Assembly: GCA_964355175.1 (NCBI GenBank)
Contig: CAYHBZ010000002.1
Location: forward strand, 119,189-183,188
DNA length: 64,000 bases
From: an uncultured Gammaproteobacteria bacterium
Lineage (GTDB): Bacteria; Patescibacteriota; Patescibacteriia; Magasanikbacterales; GWA2-37-8
Reading direction: 5' to 3'
The notes below the pieces were generated by a model that worked only from the letters and a program-made list of their open reading frames with translations, was not told where the DNA came from and ran no database searches. The stretch's first letter is position 1, and every line of letters begins with the position of its first letter. A program made the position numbers and the translations under genes. Of the stretch, positions 48,156 to 57,300 are shown one piece after another.

Positions 48156-49943
48156 ATGGAAGACAAACAACTGGAATACATGCGTCATAGTTGCGCGCAC
48201 TTGGTGGCCGCGGCTGTGCAGGAGCTTTATCCTGAGGCCAAATTTGGTGTGGGTCCGGCGATTGAAAATGGGTTTTATTATGATATAGATTTTGGCGCGC
48301 CGGTAGGGGAAAGTGATTTACAAAAAATTGAAGATAAAGCCAAAGAGCTTGGTAAAAAAGGTTTGGGTTATGCCCGTACTGAAATGACTATTGAAGAAGC
48401 CCAAGAATTTTTCTCCAAACGCGGACAGCCTTTCAAAGTAGAATTGTTACAAGATATTAAAGAAAAAGGCAGTACCAGAAAAAATGAGCAAGACAGGGAT
48501 CTTTCCGGATCAGTAGAAAAAGTTTCTATCTATCAGACCGGAGATTTTATTGATCTTTGTCGCGGTGGACATATTGAAAATACCAAAGATATCGGTGCTT
48601 TTAAACTAACAAAATTGGCTGGTGCTTACTGGCGTGGTAGTGAAAAAAATCCTCAGTTGACTCGCGTGTATGGTGTGCTTTTTGCTACCCAAGAAGAAGT
48701 AGATAATTACCTAAATATGGTAGAAGAAGCCAAGAAGCGCGATCACCGCAAACTTGGTAAAGAGTTGGAATTGTTTACCATTATTGATGAAATTGGCGGT
48801 GGTCTGCCTTTATTTTATCCTCAGGGCGCGGTATTGCGTCGCTTGGTAGAAAATTTTGTGATTGAGCTCCAGGAAAGACGCGGCTATGTGCCAATTTGGA
48901 TTCCACATATTACCAAAGGAAAATTGTACGAGATTTCCGGTCACCTGCAGAAATATGACGCGATGTATCCGCCAATGCATTTGGAAGGTGAAGATGATTA
49001 TTATCTCAAACCGATGAACTGTCCGCACTTCATGATGCTCTACAAGACTCAGATGCATTCGTATCGTGAATTGCCAATGCGCTGGACCTGCACTACCACC
49101 AATTATCGCTACGAAAAATCCGGTGAGCTTTCCGGTCTTACTCGCGTGCGCGCTTTGACTCAAGACGATTGTCATGTGTTCGCTCGCCCTGATCAGATTG
49201 AGGGTGAAATCAATTTGATGCTCGACATGATTAATGAAATTTATAATGCTTTTACTCTAAAAGATTTTTGGGTGCGTATCTCCGTACATGATCCGGCTAA
49301 CAAAGAAAAATATATTGGCGATGCCAAAATTTGGGAGGAATCCGAATCCGCCTTATCACGCTTAATCGAAAAGCGCGGCTGGAAGCATGAAGTAGGTGTG
49401 GGTGAAGCGGCTTTCTATGGTCCAAAATTGGATTTTATGGCCAAAGATGTGCTCGGTCGTGAATGGCAGCTTTCCACTATTCAGCTTGATATGAATTTGC
49501 CAGAGCGTTTTGAATTAGAATATACGGCTAATGACGGCACCAAACAGCGTCCGGTGGTAATTCATCGTGCTATCCTAGGATCCATTGAAAGATTTCTTGG
49601 TATCTTAATTGAGCACTTTGGTGGTAAATGGCCAGTGTGGCTTTCTCCGGTGCAGGCGGTGTTGGTACCAGTCACTGAGAAACATGCCGAAGGTGCCAGT
49701 ATGCTCAAGAATGAATTATTTGATTTGGGTGTGCGTGTAGAAATAGATGATGCCAATGAAACTCTAGGCAACCGTGTACGCAAAGCGGCCAATAAACATA
49801 TTCCATATATTATTGTCGTGGGTGATAAAGAACTTGGCGGCGAAGATTGGATGGTAAAAGTGCGCGGCGAAAAAGAACAGCTAAAAATTAGTAAGACGGA
49901 TTTTATCCAGAAGATACTCAAAGAAATAAAAGATAGATCATAA
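48156..49943 (+). CDS. thrS: threonine--tRNA ligase
   Basis: RHSCAHL, GPAIENGFYYD, DLCRGGH, AGAYWRG, RDHRKLG, KPMNCP.H/F, GEAAFYGPKLD, HRAILGS.ERF. Confidence 0.98.
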   Translation: MEDKQLEYMRHSCAHLVAAAVQELYPEAKFGVGPAIENGFYYDIDFGAPVGESDLQKIEDKAKELGKKGLGYARTEMTIEEAQEFFSKRGQPFKVELLQDIKEKGSTRKNEQDRDLSGSVEKVSIYQTGDFIDLCRGGHIENTKDIGAFKLTKLAGAYWRGSEKNPQLTRVYGVLFATQEEVDNYLNMVEEAKKRDHRKLGKELELFTIIDEIGGGLPLFYPQGAVLRRLVENFVIELQERRGYVPIWIPHITKGKLYEISGHLQKYDAMYPPMHLEGEDDYYLKPMNCPHFMMLYKTQMHSYRELPMRWTCTTTNYRYEKSGELSGLTRVRALTQDDCHVFARPDQIEGEINLMLDMINEIYNAFTLKDFWVRISVHDPANKEKYIGDAKIWEESESALSRLIEKRGWKHEVGVGEAAFYGPKLDFMAKDVLGREWQLSTIQLDMNLPERFELEYTANDGTKQRPVVIHRAILGSIERFLGILIEHFGGKWPVWLSPVQAVLVPVTEKHAEGASMLKNELFDLGVRVEIDDANETLGNRVRKAANKHIPYIIVVGDKELGGEDWMVKVRGEKEQLKISKTDFIQKILKEIKDRS

Positions 49944-49946
49944 AAC

Positions 49947-50873
49947 ATGCACAAATTACCAAAGGTTATCTTTGTTATCGGTCAGACCGCTTCCGGTAAA
50001 ACCGCCTTGGCTATAGAATTAGCCAAGAAATTTAACGGTGCTATTATAAATGCCGACTCTAGGCAGGTTTATAAAAAAATGGATATTGTCACGGCCAAGC
50101 CGCTGGCCGACAAGAACAGCTCTAAGTCGGAATATATTGTGGAAGGAATAAAGCATTATCTAATGGACATTTATGACCCAGGCAAGAATTTTACTTTAGC
50201 TGGTTTCAAAAAGCATGCTTTGGAGGCGATAAAAACAATTTTAAATAATGGTCAACTGCCTATAGTGGTGGGAGGAACCGGATTATATATTTGGTCTTTG
50301 GTGGATAATTTGGATATTCCGGCGGTCGCTCCCAATAAAAAATTACGCAGTAGTCTAGAAGAAAAATCTTTGCCTGATTTGGTAAAATTATTAAAAAATG
50401 TGGACGCAAAATCCGCAGAAAAATTAGATTTAAAAAACAAGCGCAGAGTTCTTAGGGCGCTTGAAGTATCTCTAAGCAGTGGCGAATCCTTTACGAAACA
50501 ATCCACCAAATCGGATCTAATTTATAATAGTCTGCAGATTGGTTTGGCCTGGAAGCGAGATGAAATTTATAAACGAATTGAAGATAGGGTGGATATGCAG
50601 ATAAAAAATGGAGCAATAGAAGAAACTAAAAATTTAATTGAAAGTTACCCTGATAATTTACCCAGTTTGAGCACTATCGGCTACAAACAAATTGCCGCTT
50701 TTTTACGAGGGGAGAGTACTTTGGAAGAAGCCGTGCAACAATTTAAGCGTGACGCTCGTCGTTATGCCAAACGCCAGGAGACTTGGTTTAAAAGAGATGA
50801 TAGGATACAGTGGATTGAGAAAAATGATGCCGCGGCTGCCAGCGAGCTAGTGAAAAAATTCTTGGAAAAATAA
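49947..50873 (+). CDS. miaA: tRNA dimethylallyltransferase
   Basis: GQTASGKT, NADSRQVYK.MDI.TAKP, VGGTGLY, IGYKQ, YAKRQ.TWF. Confidence 0.97.
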   Translation: MHKLPKVIFVIGQTASGKTALAIELAKKFNGAIINADSRQVYKKMDIVTAKPLADKNSSKSEYIVEGIKHYLMDIYDPGKNFTLAGFKKHALEAIKTILNNGQLPIVVGGTGLYIWSLVDNLDIPAVAPNKKLRSSLEEKSLPDLVKLLKNVDAKSAEKLDLKNKRRVLRALEVSLSSGESFTKQSTKSDLIYNSLQIGLAWKRDEIYKRIEDRVDMQIKNGAIEETKNLIESYPDNLPSLSTIGYKQIAAFLRGESTLEEAVQQFKRDARRYAKRQETWFKRDDRIQWIEKNDAAAASELVKKFLEK

Positions 50874-51066
50874 TTAAAACAAAAAAATACCGTACAATTT
50901 TCACCTGATAAAAGTTCGCATAATTGGCTATAAATTTTCGTTATGGCCCTAAGGGTAGGGCCATTGTCCCGACTAAGTCGGGACACCACTCAAATTTACT
51001 TACGCCAATTAGGGGCTCACTTTTATGCGGTAAAAATTGTACGGTATTTTTTTGTTTTAATTATTT
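50868..51066. repeat. rod-shaped structured repeat, copy 1
   Basis: core about 125 nt nearly identical to 60960-61081, enclosed by a ~35-bp IR overlapping the stop codons of both convergent genes. Confidence 0.88.
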
Positions 51067-52925
51067 AGAGGAATCTCATCTCCGGTGAGTTCCAGTTGTT
51101 TGCCGGTGACGCTGTCTTGGGCTTGGATGTGCACTTTGGAAACCAGGATATTTTGAGTAGGATTTTTCTTATTGATAACTACTGAGAATGGCAGGGCTAA
51201 GACATCGCTATTTTCGGTAAGCTCAGGGATATCCCATACCAGATGTTTGGAGTTTTGGTCAAAGGACAGGGTGCCGGCTGGAGTAGACGAAGCGCTCATA
51301 AAGGTGATGTCGCCAAACAAATCAGCAGTTACTTTGATATTTTTGAGAGTGTGAAAAGTGTTGGAAAGAATCCAGGTAATATCGTGATTTTCGCGTTCTT
51401 TACTGTCGGAGCTGATCTCATTTTTTTGTTTAAATTTTAAATCTGAATTCAAAGTAATTATAATGGCGTTGCCAGAAATTGTCTGGGTAGCGCCCGTTTT
51501 ATCAGTATAGGTCAAGTTCGTGTTTACAGTAACTTGGTAGGTATCAACACTCGACCAAGGAGCGGTATCACTGTTTTTTATCGGAAGTTGGAACTCAATA
51601 TTAGTTTGTCCGGAAGGCTTTATTAGATTTAGATCTTTGTCTTTACTGCTATCCCACGCCAAAGCAGCACGACGAATGGAATCTGAAATTTGTGAGCCAG
51701 TAATATCACCATCATGTTTGTCGGCAATGTCGGACCAAGCTAAAACACTTTGTTTTTTGTAAGATGGAGAGTCTACTACCAATTGAACCTTTGCTTTACT
51801 GATATCATCTTTGCCGGCATTTTTCACGGCGATAGTAAAGTTTAAAATTTCACCTGGCTTGGAATCAAAATCGGTCAAAGAACCGTTGATAGCGGTATTA
51901 ATAATTACCGAATTCTTAATCAGTTCCGTCCTTAGGGTGGATTCAGCCAAAAGGTAGCTGGTTTGAGCTTGTTGGTCCGCCAACGAAACTTGCACCTTTA
52001 GATCCGAAGCATCAGCCGAAGCGTCATTGAATTGTCCACTGAAAGAGATTACGTATTGGTTGGCCAAAGTAGAAGTAGCGGCTTTTATATTCCAAACATT
52101 TTTCTCCAGCGGCAAGCTCGAGCTAGCCATTACAAAGCTGGGAGGGAAAATAGGAGACACTATCAAGTTTTTGTTGGCTAAATTGTCTTTGCTTTTGATA
52201 GTAATGGTATAGGTCGAAGGACTGCCTACCGCCACTTTGTCGAGACCGGCAATGGCCACCGATATTGGGGCTTGGTTTGGTTTGATATCCAAGGTGGCTA
52301 CTTTTTGCATCTCGGAATTGAAATTTTCTGGAGTGAAGTTGAGTAACGCGCGCCAGGAAATAGCGGTGCCGACCGATCCGAAAGAATTACCGGTAATTTG
52401 CAAAGTTTTTTCTTCGTGTGGTTTTAATGTGCCGAGATCCCATGCATTTTTTCCAATATTTTTTGGTTCCAGTGAGCTTTGTAGGAAAGAGAATCCTGTA
52501 GGATAGTTTAGGGTTAAGGTGACTTTGTTTAAATTTACACCCTGATTATTTTTGAAGCGTATGCTATAGGTAGTGGTGGCCCCTACGACAAAATTTTGCG
52601 GTCCTTCAATCGCCAAATCCACCTGTGAGTCATCGAATTGTCCACCATTTGGTAGGAATAAGAAGCCGGTCCAGGCCATGGCGGCTAATAAGGCAACGGT
52701 GAAAAAGAATTTGAACATGCCAGCGATAAAAGATCCACTTGAAGTGCGTTTGATCTCGCGCATGTTTGGCAAGCGACCGCTGTCATCTTCGTAAATATCT
52801 TTTAATTGGCGACCGATTTTTTCGCTAGTTTGATCCTCGGCGGATTCTTCTGCCACTACTTTGCGAACGCGGCGTGGTTTTTTTGGAGCAGTTGATTCGT
52901 TTGAAAAAAATTTTTCTTCGGACAT
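51057..52925 (-). CDS. large single-pass membrane protein with Ig-like/DUF11-type extracellular repeats
   Basis: start MSEEKF; one TM; 'TYSIRFKN', 'WDLGTL', 'PGEILNFTIAVKNAG' and 'LVWDIPEL' motifs. Confidence 0.78.
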   Translation of the reverse strand: MSEEKFFSNESTAPKKPRRVRKVVAEESAEDQTSEKIGRQLKDIYEDDSGRLPNMREIKRTSSGSFIAGMFKFFFTVALLAAMAWTGFLFLPNGGQFDDSQVDLAIEGPQNFVVGATTTYSIRFKNNQGVNLNKVTLTLNYPTGFSFLQSSLEPKNIGKNAWDLGTLKPHEEKTLQITGNSFGSVGTAISWRALLNFTPENFNSEMQKVATLDIKPNQAPISVAIAGLDKVAVGSPSTYTITIKSKDNLANKNLIVSPIFPPSFVMASSSLPLEKNVWNIKAATSTLANQYVISFSGQFNDASADASDLKVQVSLADQQAQTSYLLAESTLRTELIKNSVIINTAINGSLTDFDSKPGEILNFTIAVKNAGKDDISKAKVQLVVDSPSYKKQSVLAWSDIADKHDGDITGSQISDSIRRAALAWDSSKDKDLNLIKPSGQTNIEFQLPIKNSDTAPWSSVDTYQVTVNTNLTYTDKTGATQTISGNAIIITLNSDLKFKQKNEISSDSKERENHDITWILSNTFHTLKNIKVTADLFGDITFMSASSTPAGTLSFDQNSKHLVWDIPELTENSDVLALPFSVVINKKNPTQNILVSKVHIQAQDSVTGKQLELTGDEIPLNN

Positions 52926-52929
52926 AAAT

Positions 52930-55506
52930 TTATTTATTTTCAATAATTAATCCCCAAGTATGATCGGCGTTCAAATTAAAATTGGCGATACTGGCTCCGT
53001 TTTTGGCTAATTCTATATTATCGCCTTGTTGATGCGATGCTTGGTAGTTGGTTGGTAAAATTATTTGACTTTCAAAAGCGCTGTCGATGCCGGATTGTCT
53101 TTGGACTATCAGTTGATACGGACTCATTTTTTTCACCGCTAGGAATTTTTGCCATAGATCTTGACTAGCACTATTCATTGTTTCGATTCTAAAAGGCAGG
53201 CGATAAGTAAATTGGATTTGGCTGGTTTGGCCGGGAGTGGTGACGATCCAATTGCCAAAAGCCGTTTTATCAAATTCTTCTGTTATCCGTGTGCCGGTGC
53301 GTTCGTCTATTTTTATTTCTTTTTCGGTTTGATTTAACAGATCATCGTCCTTATAATAATTTTCCGGCACATGAAAATCAGATTCATCCGGCCAGGTAAA
53401 TCCGTTGGCAGAAATAAGCTCACTGCCACGCGGCACATAGACACGGATATAATCAATATTAGGAGCGCCATACATTTCTTCCTGTGATTCGCCGCCGTGG
53501 GTGCGGGTAATTATTACCGTATCGGATATAGAGCCGTCACTGTCGACAATCACTTGGTGACTGATGGATTGTTTTATTCTAGCGTCACTTTTTTGACCAT
53601 GGATATTGGTATTGAATACGGCCAGATAATCTTGGTTGGAATTGGTAGGTAAAATTTTTCCAGCCCAACCCATTTGTTGTGTGGCGTTTTGAGCGGTTTG
53701 GTCGATAAAGTATGCTTGGATTTCTTTTTTGGAAAGAGCATCTTGCAAATTTGTCAACAATGGAATCAAATTTTTTGGTTCGCTATTTTTGAAGTGTTCG
53801 ATAAATTGTGGAGCCAGATCAGAAAGAATTTGTTTTGGTTTGTGTAATTTTTTTTCTGGACCCGATTCTACGACTTTTTGAATAGTTGGCAAGGCATTAT
53901 TAGCGGAAATAATTAGACCGCGTTTGCTGTCGCTGATCGGCCCGGTAATTGCCAGCAGTCTTTCGAGTACGCTGGCGTTGATAGCAATCACGCCATCGGC
54001 CGTAATATTGCGACTGTGACGATAAAACCATAATATTTTTTGAGCGGAAACGGAAAAATCCGGAAACCAATTGGCATCTTGGAATTCCCAGCGTTTGTTG
54101 GTTAGCAAAAGTGGAGTTGGTGGAATTATATATTGATCTAGCTGTCCTTGTAGATCATAGGTGCCGCCGGCTGGGACTTCTAGGTTTAAAATTTTTCCAT
54201 CTTTGATATCTAATATCGCAAAACTTCCCATAAAACCTCCGGTCGGACGCAACTCCGCTGGATTTTGGAAGACCAATAAATAACGGCGCTGACCCTGAGC
54301 GCCAAAAATTTCTTTGAGCGATCCGCCCAAATCAGAAAGGCTCTGTAGGTCGGCCAATACTGCTCCGAAAATATTTTGGAAATCTTTGAATGGCCCTTGA
54401 TAAGCCAGTGGCAAGGCCTGGTCATCCACGCCATCTAAATCATCCATGGCCGCTTGATAATTTGGGATAGCGGCATGTAGGTGTTCCATCAGAATATTCA
54501 TTCTATTCTCCAGAGTGCTGGTAGCATCAGTCTGACTCTCTGTGATTCCTTTGAGCAGATAGGTGTTGCCCAAAGCGATTTTTTGTCCAGCCAATAATAA
54601 ATTTTGACGACTCTTTACTTCATTTTCCATTACTGGAATAACCGAAACTATTTTTTGCAGAACTTCATGTTTGGTTTGCATTGTCTCGACAGCATTGCCA
54701 AAACTATTGAGCGCCTCATTGATAGCGATTTGCGCTGTTGGCAAATCAGAATGCATCAAAGCGGCAGTGGAATTTTGCAGGGACATAAAACCGTTGGTGC
54801 TGTCGGAAACGATTTTATTTTTGGTGAGCTGAATATCTTGGTAGTAGCTATTGGCTTTGCCCGGCACTATCAAAATAATAGCGAGCACTACTAAGGCCAC
54901 TGTTATTTTTTGTAAAATTAAATTGCTCTTTGCCCAACCGCCAAAATCTTTGGTCGCGTCTTCGATATGCTGGGCGGTTTTTGTTTCCCAATTATTCCAA
55001 TTCTGTTTGAGGATGTTTAATTTATTTGGTCGTGAAATTTTTACTACCGGAGTAGGATTTTTTTGGACCGGAATTTGAGAATTTAAAGGTCTAAATAATT
55101 TTTCAGTTGTAAATTTGTTGAAAATTGGAGTTTCATCGGCGGCTTGCTCGCGAGTGGGTTCAGTCGTGATCGGATAGATGATTTTGTGTTCACGCACTTC
55201 TTTTATTTTTTTATAAGCATCTTCAAAATCGGATCGATGCGACTGTGGACCCACAGTTTGGACTTGGTCCAGAGCCGTATCAGGTTGTTTTTTGAGATTA
55301 ACAACATGAGGTGAGTGAGTAGGGGTGTTGGTGACATGGTGAACAAAAAATTTGATGTGTGAAAAATTTGGCTGGCTATTTTTGGGCACAACTAAAGAGG
55401 CCTGGTAGATTTCGCAGGTGGATTTATTGTGGCCGCTTTTGTCGCAGAAGGCACAGCGGCGTAGTTGTGGCCTTTTTTTAGAGAAAAATTTTTTAATTTT
55501 GGACAT
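52930..55506 (-). CDS. DUF4012 domain protein with N-terminal CCHC zinc knuckle
   Basis: RYLLVFQNPAELRPTGGF.GS, DANWFPDF..SA, DGVIAI, YIRVYVP.GS; N-terminal CAFCDKSGHNKSTC. Confidence 0.88.
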   Translation of the reverse strand: MSKIKKFFSKKRPQLRRCAFCDKSGHNKSTCEIYQASLVVPKNSQPNFSHIKFFVHHVTNTPTHSPHVVNLKKQPDTALDQVQTVGPQSHRSDFEDAYKKIKEVREHKIIYPITTEPTREQAADETPIFNKFTTEKLFRPLNSQIPVQKNPTPVVKISRPNKLNILKQNWNNWETKTAQHIEDATKDFGGWAKSNLILQKITVALVVLAIILIVPGKANSYYQDIQLTKNKIVSDSTNGFMSLQNSTAALMHSDLPTAQIAINEALNSFGNAVETMQTKHEVLQKIVSVIPVMENEVKSRQNLLLAGQKIALGNTYLLKGITESQTDATSTLENRMNILMEHLHAAIPNYQAAMDDLDGVDDQALPLAYQGPFKDFQNIFGAVLADLQSLSDLGGSLKEIFGAQGQRRYLLVFQNPAELRPTGGFMGSFAILDIKDGKILNLEVPAGGTYDLQGQLDQYIIPPTPLLLTNKRWEFQDANWFPDFSVSAQKILWFYRHSRNITADGVIAINASVLERLLAITGPISDSKRGLIISANNALPTIQKVVESGPEKKLHKPKQILSDLAPQFIEHFKNSEPKNLIPLLTNLQDALSKKEIQAYFIDQTAQNATQQMGWAGKILPTNSNQDYLAVFNTNIHGQKSDARIKQSISHQVIVDSDGSISDTVIITRTHGGESQEEMYGAPNIDYIRVYVPRGSELISANGFTWPDESDFHVPENYYKDDDLLNQTEKEIKIDERTGTRITEEFDKTAFGNWIVTTPGQTSQIQFTYRLPFRIETMNSASQDLWQKFLAVKKMSPYQLIVQRQSGIDSAFESQIILPTNYQASHQQGDNIELAKNGASIANFNLNADHTWGLIIENK

Positions 55507-55590
55507 GCTAAAAACCAGAAATCTTAACTTCCTATATTATACACTTTTTTGGAGATATTAGCACGAGAAAAAATGAGCAGTTATCCACTT

Positions 55591-56706
55591 TTAGAGGCAA
55601 TTTTTGTAGGTGAATTGAGTTTTTTGTGTCGTAGAAGTCCAGGAGTATTTTTGGAGTATTTTTTGGCTATTTTCTGCGAGTTTTTTAGAGAGGTTTTTGT
55701 CTTCTATGACTAGCTGAGCGGTTTGGGCTAGATGATGGGGGTCGGTCGGGTCAAAATAGGCGGCCGCATCACCCAAAATCTCGGGTAGGCAGGTGCGATC
55801 CGAGCTGATTACCGGCAAATTGTATTGCATAGCCTCAAGCGGCGGCAAGCCAAAGCCTTCATATAGGCTAGGAAAGACATAGAGCGTAGCCTTTTTGTAT
55901 AAATTGGCCAAAGTTGCATCGTCGACAAAATCGGTCAGAATAACATTTTTAATATTTTTTTCTTTAATTATTTTTTTCAGACGTTCGTAGAAGTAATTAT
56001 TTTTTCCAGCCAACACCAGCTGATAATTTTTGTCGTATTTATCACAAAAAATTTCCCAGGCAGTGAGTAATGTTTCCAAATTTTTATGAGGGTAAGCTAC
56101 ACCTACATATAGCCAATATGGCTGAGTTATAGAGTATTTTTTATTTAGATCAATGTCGACAAAGTCCTTGATTGGCAAGGGTGAAAGCAAAATGGTAACA
56201 ATTTTTTCAGCTTTTATTTTCAGGGTATCTTTAATATCTTTTTTTGTAGATTCACTAACGGTAATTATTTTTTTTGCTGAGTTTACCGCGTGTTTAAGAA
56301 CCATTAAAAATATTTTATTTTTTAACCAATAAAGTATTGGCGAGAGTGTGCTGGCGCGACGGCTAGGGTAATGCAAAAGCAATAAATCATGGATAGTGAC
56401 TACAAAATTATCGTTGAAAAATAACGGTACATTCCAGTGGGGAAAATGCACCAAGTCTACTTTTAGTTTTTTAATTATTTTGGGTAGAAAAATTTGTTCT
56501 TTCCAACCGTACCAGGGGATATCAACCAGAATTTTTTGGAAGTTTGGATTGGTAGGGGAATATTCTGACCAGTTTTCCTGGCGCAACAAAATAACATACT
56601 GATTTTCAGTATCAATTTTTTCAAGGTTTAGGATCAGCTGTTCAATATAGCGCCCCAGGCCACCTTGTTTGGGGCCATACATACGGGCATCGATAGCTAT
56701 TTTCAT
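55591..56706 (-). CDS. GT4 glycosyltransferase
   Basis: MKIAIDAR, GG.GRY, VTIHDL, PHKN, FPSLYEGFGLPPLEAM. Confidence 0.94.
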   Translation of the reverse strand: MKIAIDARMYGPKQGGLGRYIEQLILNLEKIDTENQYVILLRQENWSEYSPTNPNFQKILVDIPWYGWKEQIFLPKIIKKLKVDLVHFPHWNVPLFFNDNFVVTIHDLLLLHYPSRRASTLSPILYWLKNKIFLMVLKHAVNSAKKIITVSESTKKDIKDTLKIKAEKIVTILLSPLPIKDFVDIDLNKKYSITQPYWLYVGVAYPHKNLETLLTAWEIFCDKYDKNYQLVLAGKNNYFYERLKKIIKEKNIKNVILTDFVDDATLANLYKKATLYVFPSLYEGFGLPPLEAMQYNLPVISSDRTCLPEILGDAAAYFDPTDPHHLAQTAQLVIEDKNLSKKLAENSQKILQKYSWTSTTQKTQFTYKNCL

Positions 56707-56832
56707 AATTTCTAAATTATATCAGGATCTTGACCTTTTGGCTATTTTCTAGTTATATTCCATATAGTTATGTTGGCCGGTAGCGTAGGGTACGCTGATT
56801 CGGCTTAGTGATCGGTCTCTAAGGGGGTGGTC

Positions 56833-57099
56833 ATGCGTAAGCAGACTGGAGTGGATGTGTTGAACACCCGCGAATTCAAGGAGGCTTTGGCGGAGGTTCT
56901 GCAGAAGGCTTTTCCTGACTGGCAGGACGAGACCGAGATCGATCAATTGTCTGTTTGGACGATCTTCGTCGAGCTCAAGTCGGCGCTTGGTCGTCGTGGA
57001 CAGAGCGAAGAACCGGTCAACTTTCCTCGGGTCCACGACATGACGGCTCAGGAGCTCATCCTGAACATGTGCCAGGCGTATGGAATTGTCGCGCCGTAG
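56833..57099 (+). CDS. GC-rich 88-aa hypothetical protein, possibly ACP-like fold (unit E)
   Basis: own promoter TTGACC 56730/TATATT 56754, 5' hairpin, GGGGGTGG SD-like motif, GC-ending codons. Confidence 0.65.
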   Translation: MRKQTGVDVLNTREFKEALAEVLQKAFPDWQDETEIDQLSVWTIFVELKSALGRRGQSEEPVNFPRVHDMTAQELILNMCQAYGIVAP

Positions 57100-57300
57100 G
57101 AGGGTCAGATGCGCGCTCGCGCTCCGCCGCTTTAATAGTGGGCAGGAGGGTGAGTGGCTACTATAAACCGTTCACCACCTGTTTTGTTTCTAAATATTTG
57201 GAGATAAAACAAGTGAACGGTTTTTTGTTTAAATTTTTTTTAAAATGGATTGCCAAAATAGGTTTTTTACATTATAATTAAGGTGTAATAATTTTTTGGT

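Noticed and set aside
38394-57230. Classical integron cassette array for the GC-rich units
   Set aside because: The units are dispersed, have their own promoters, lack RYYYAAC/GTTRRRY ends and have no intI nearby; only a loose structural analogy is kept.
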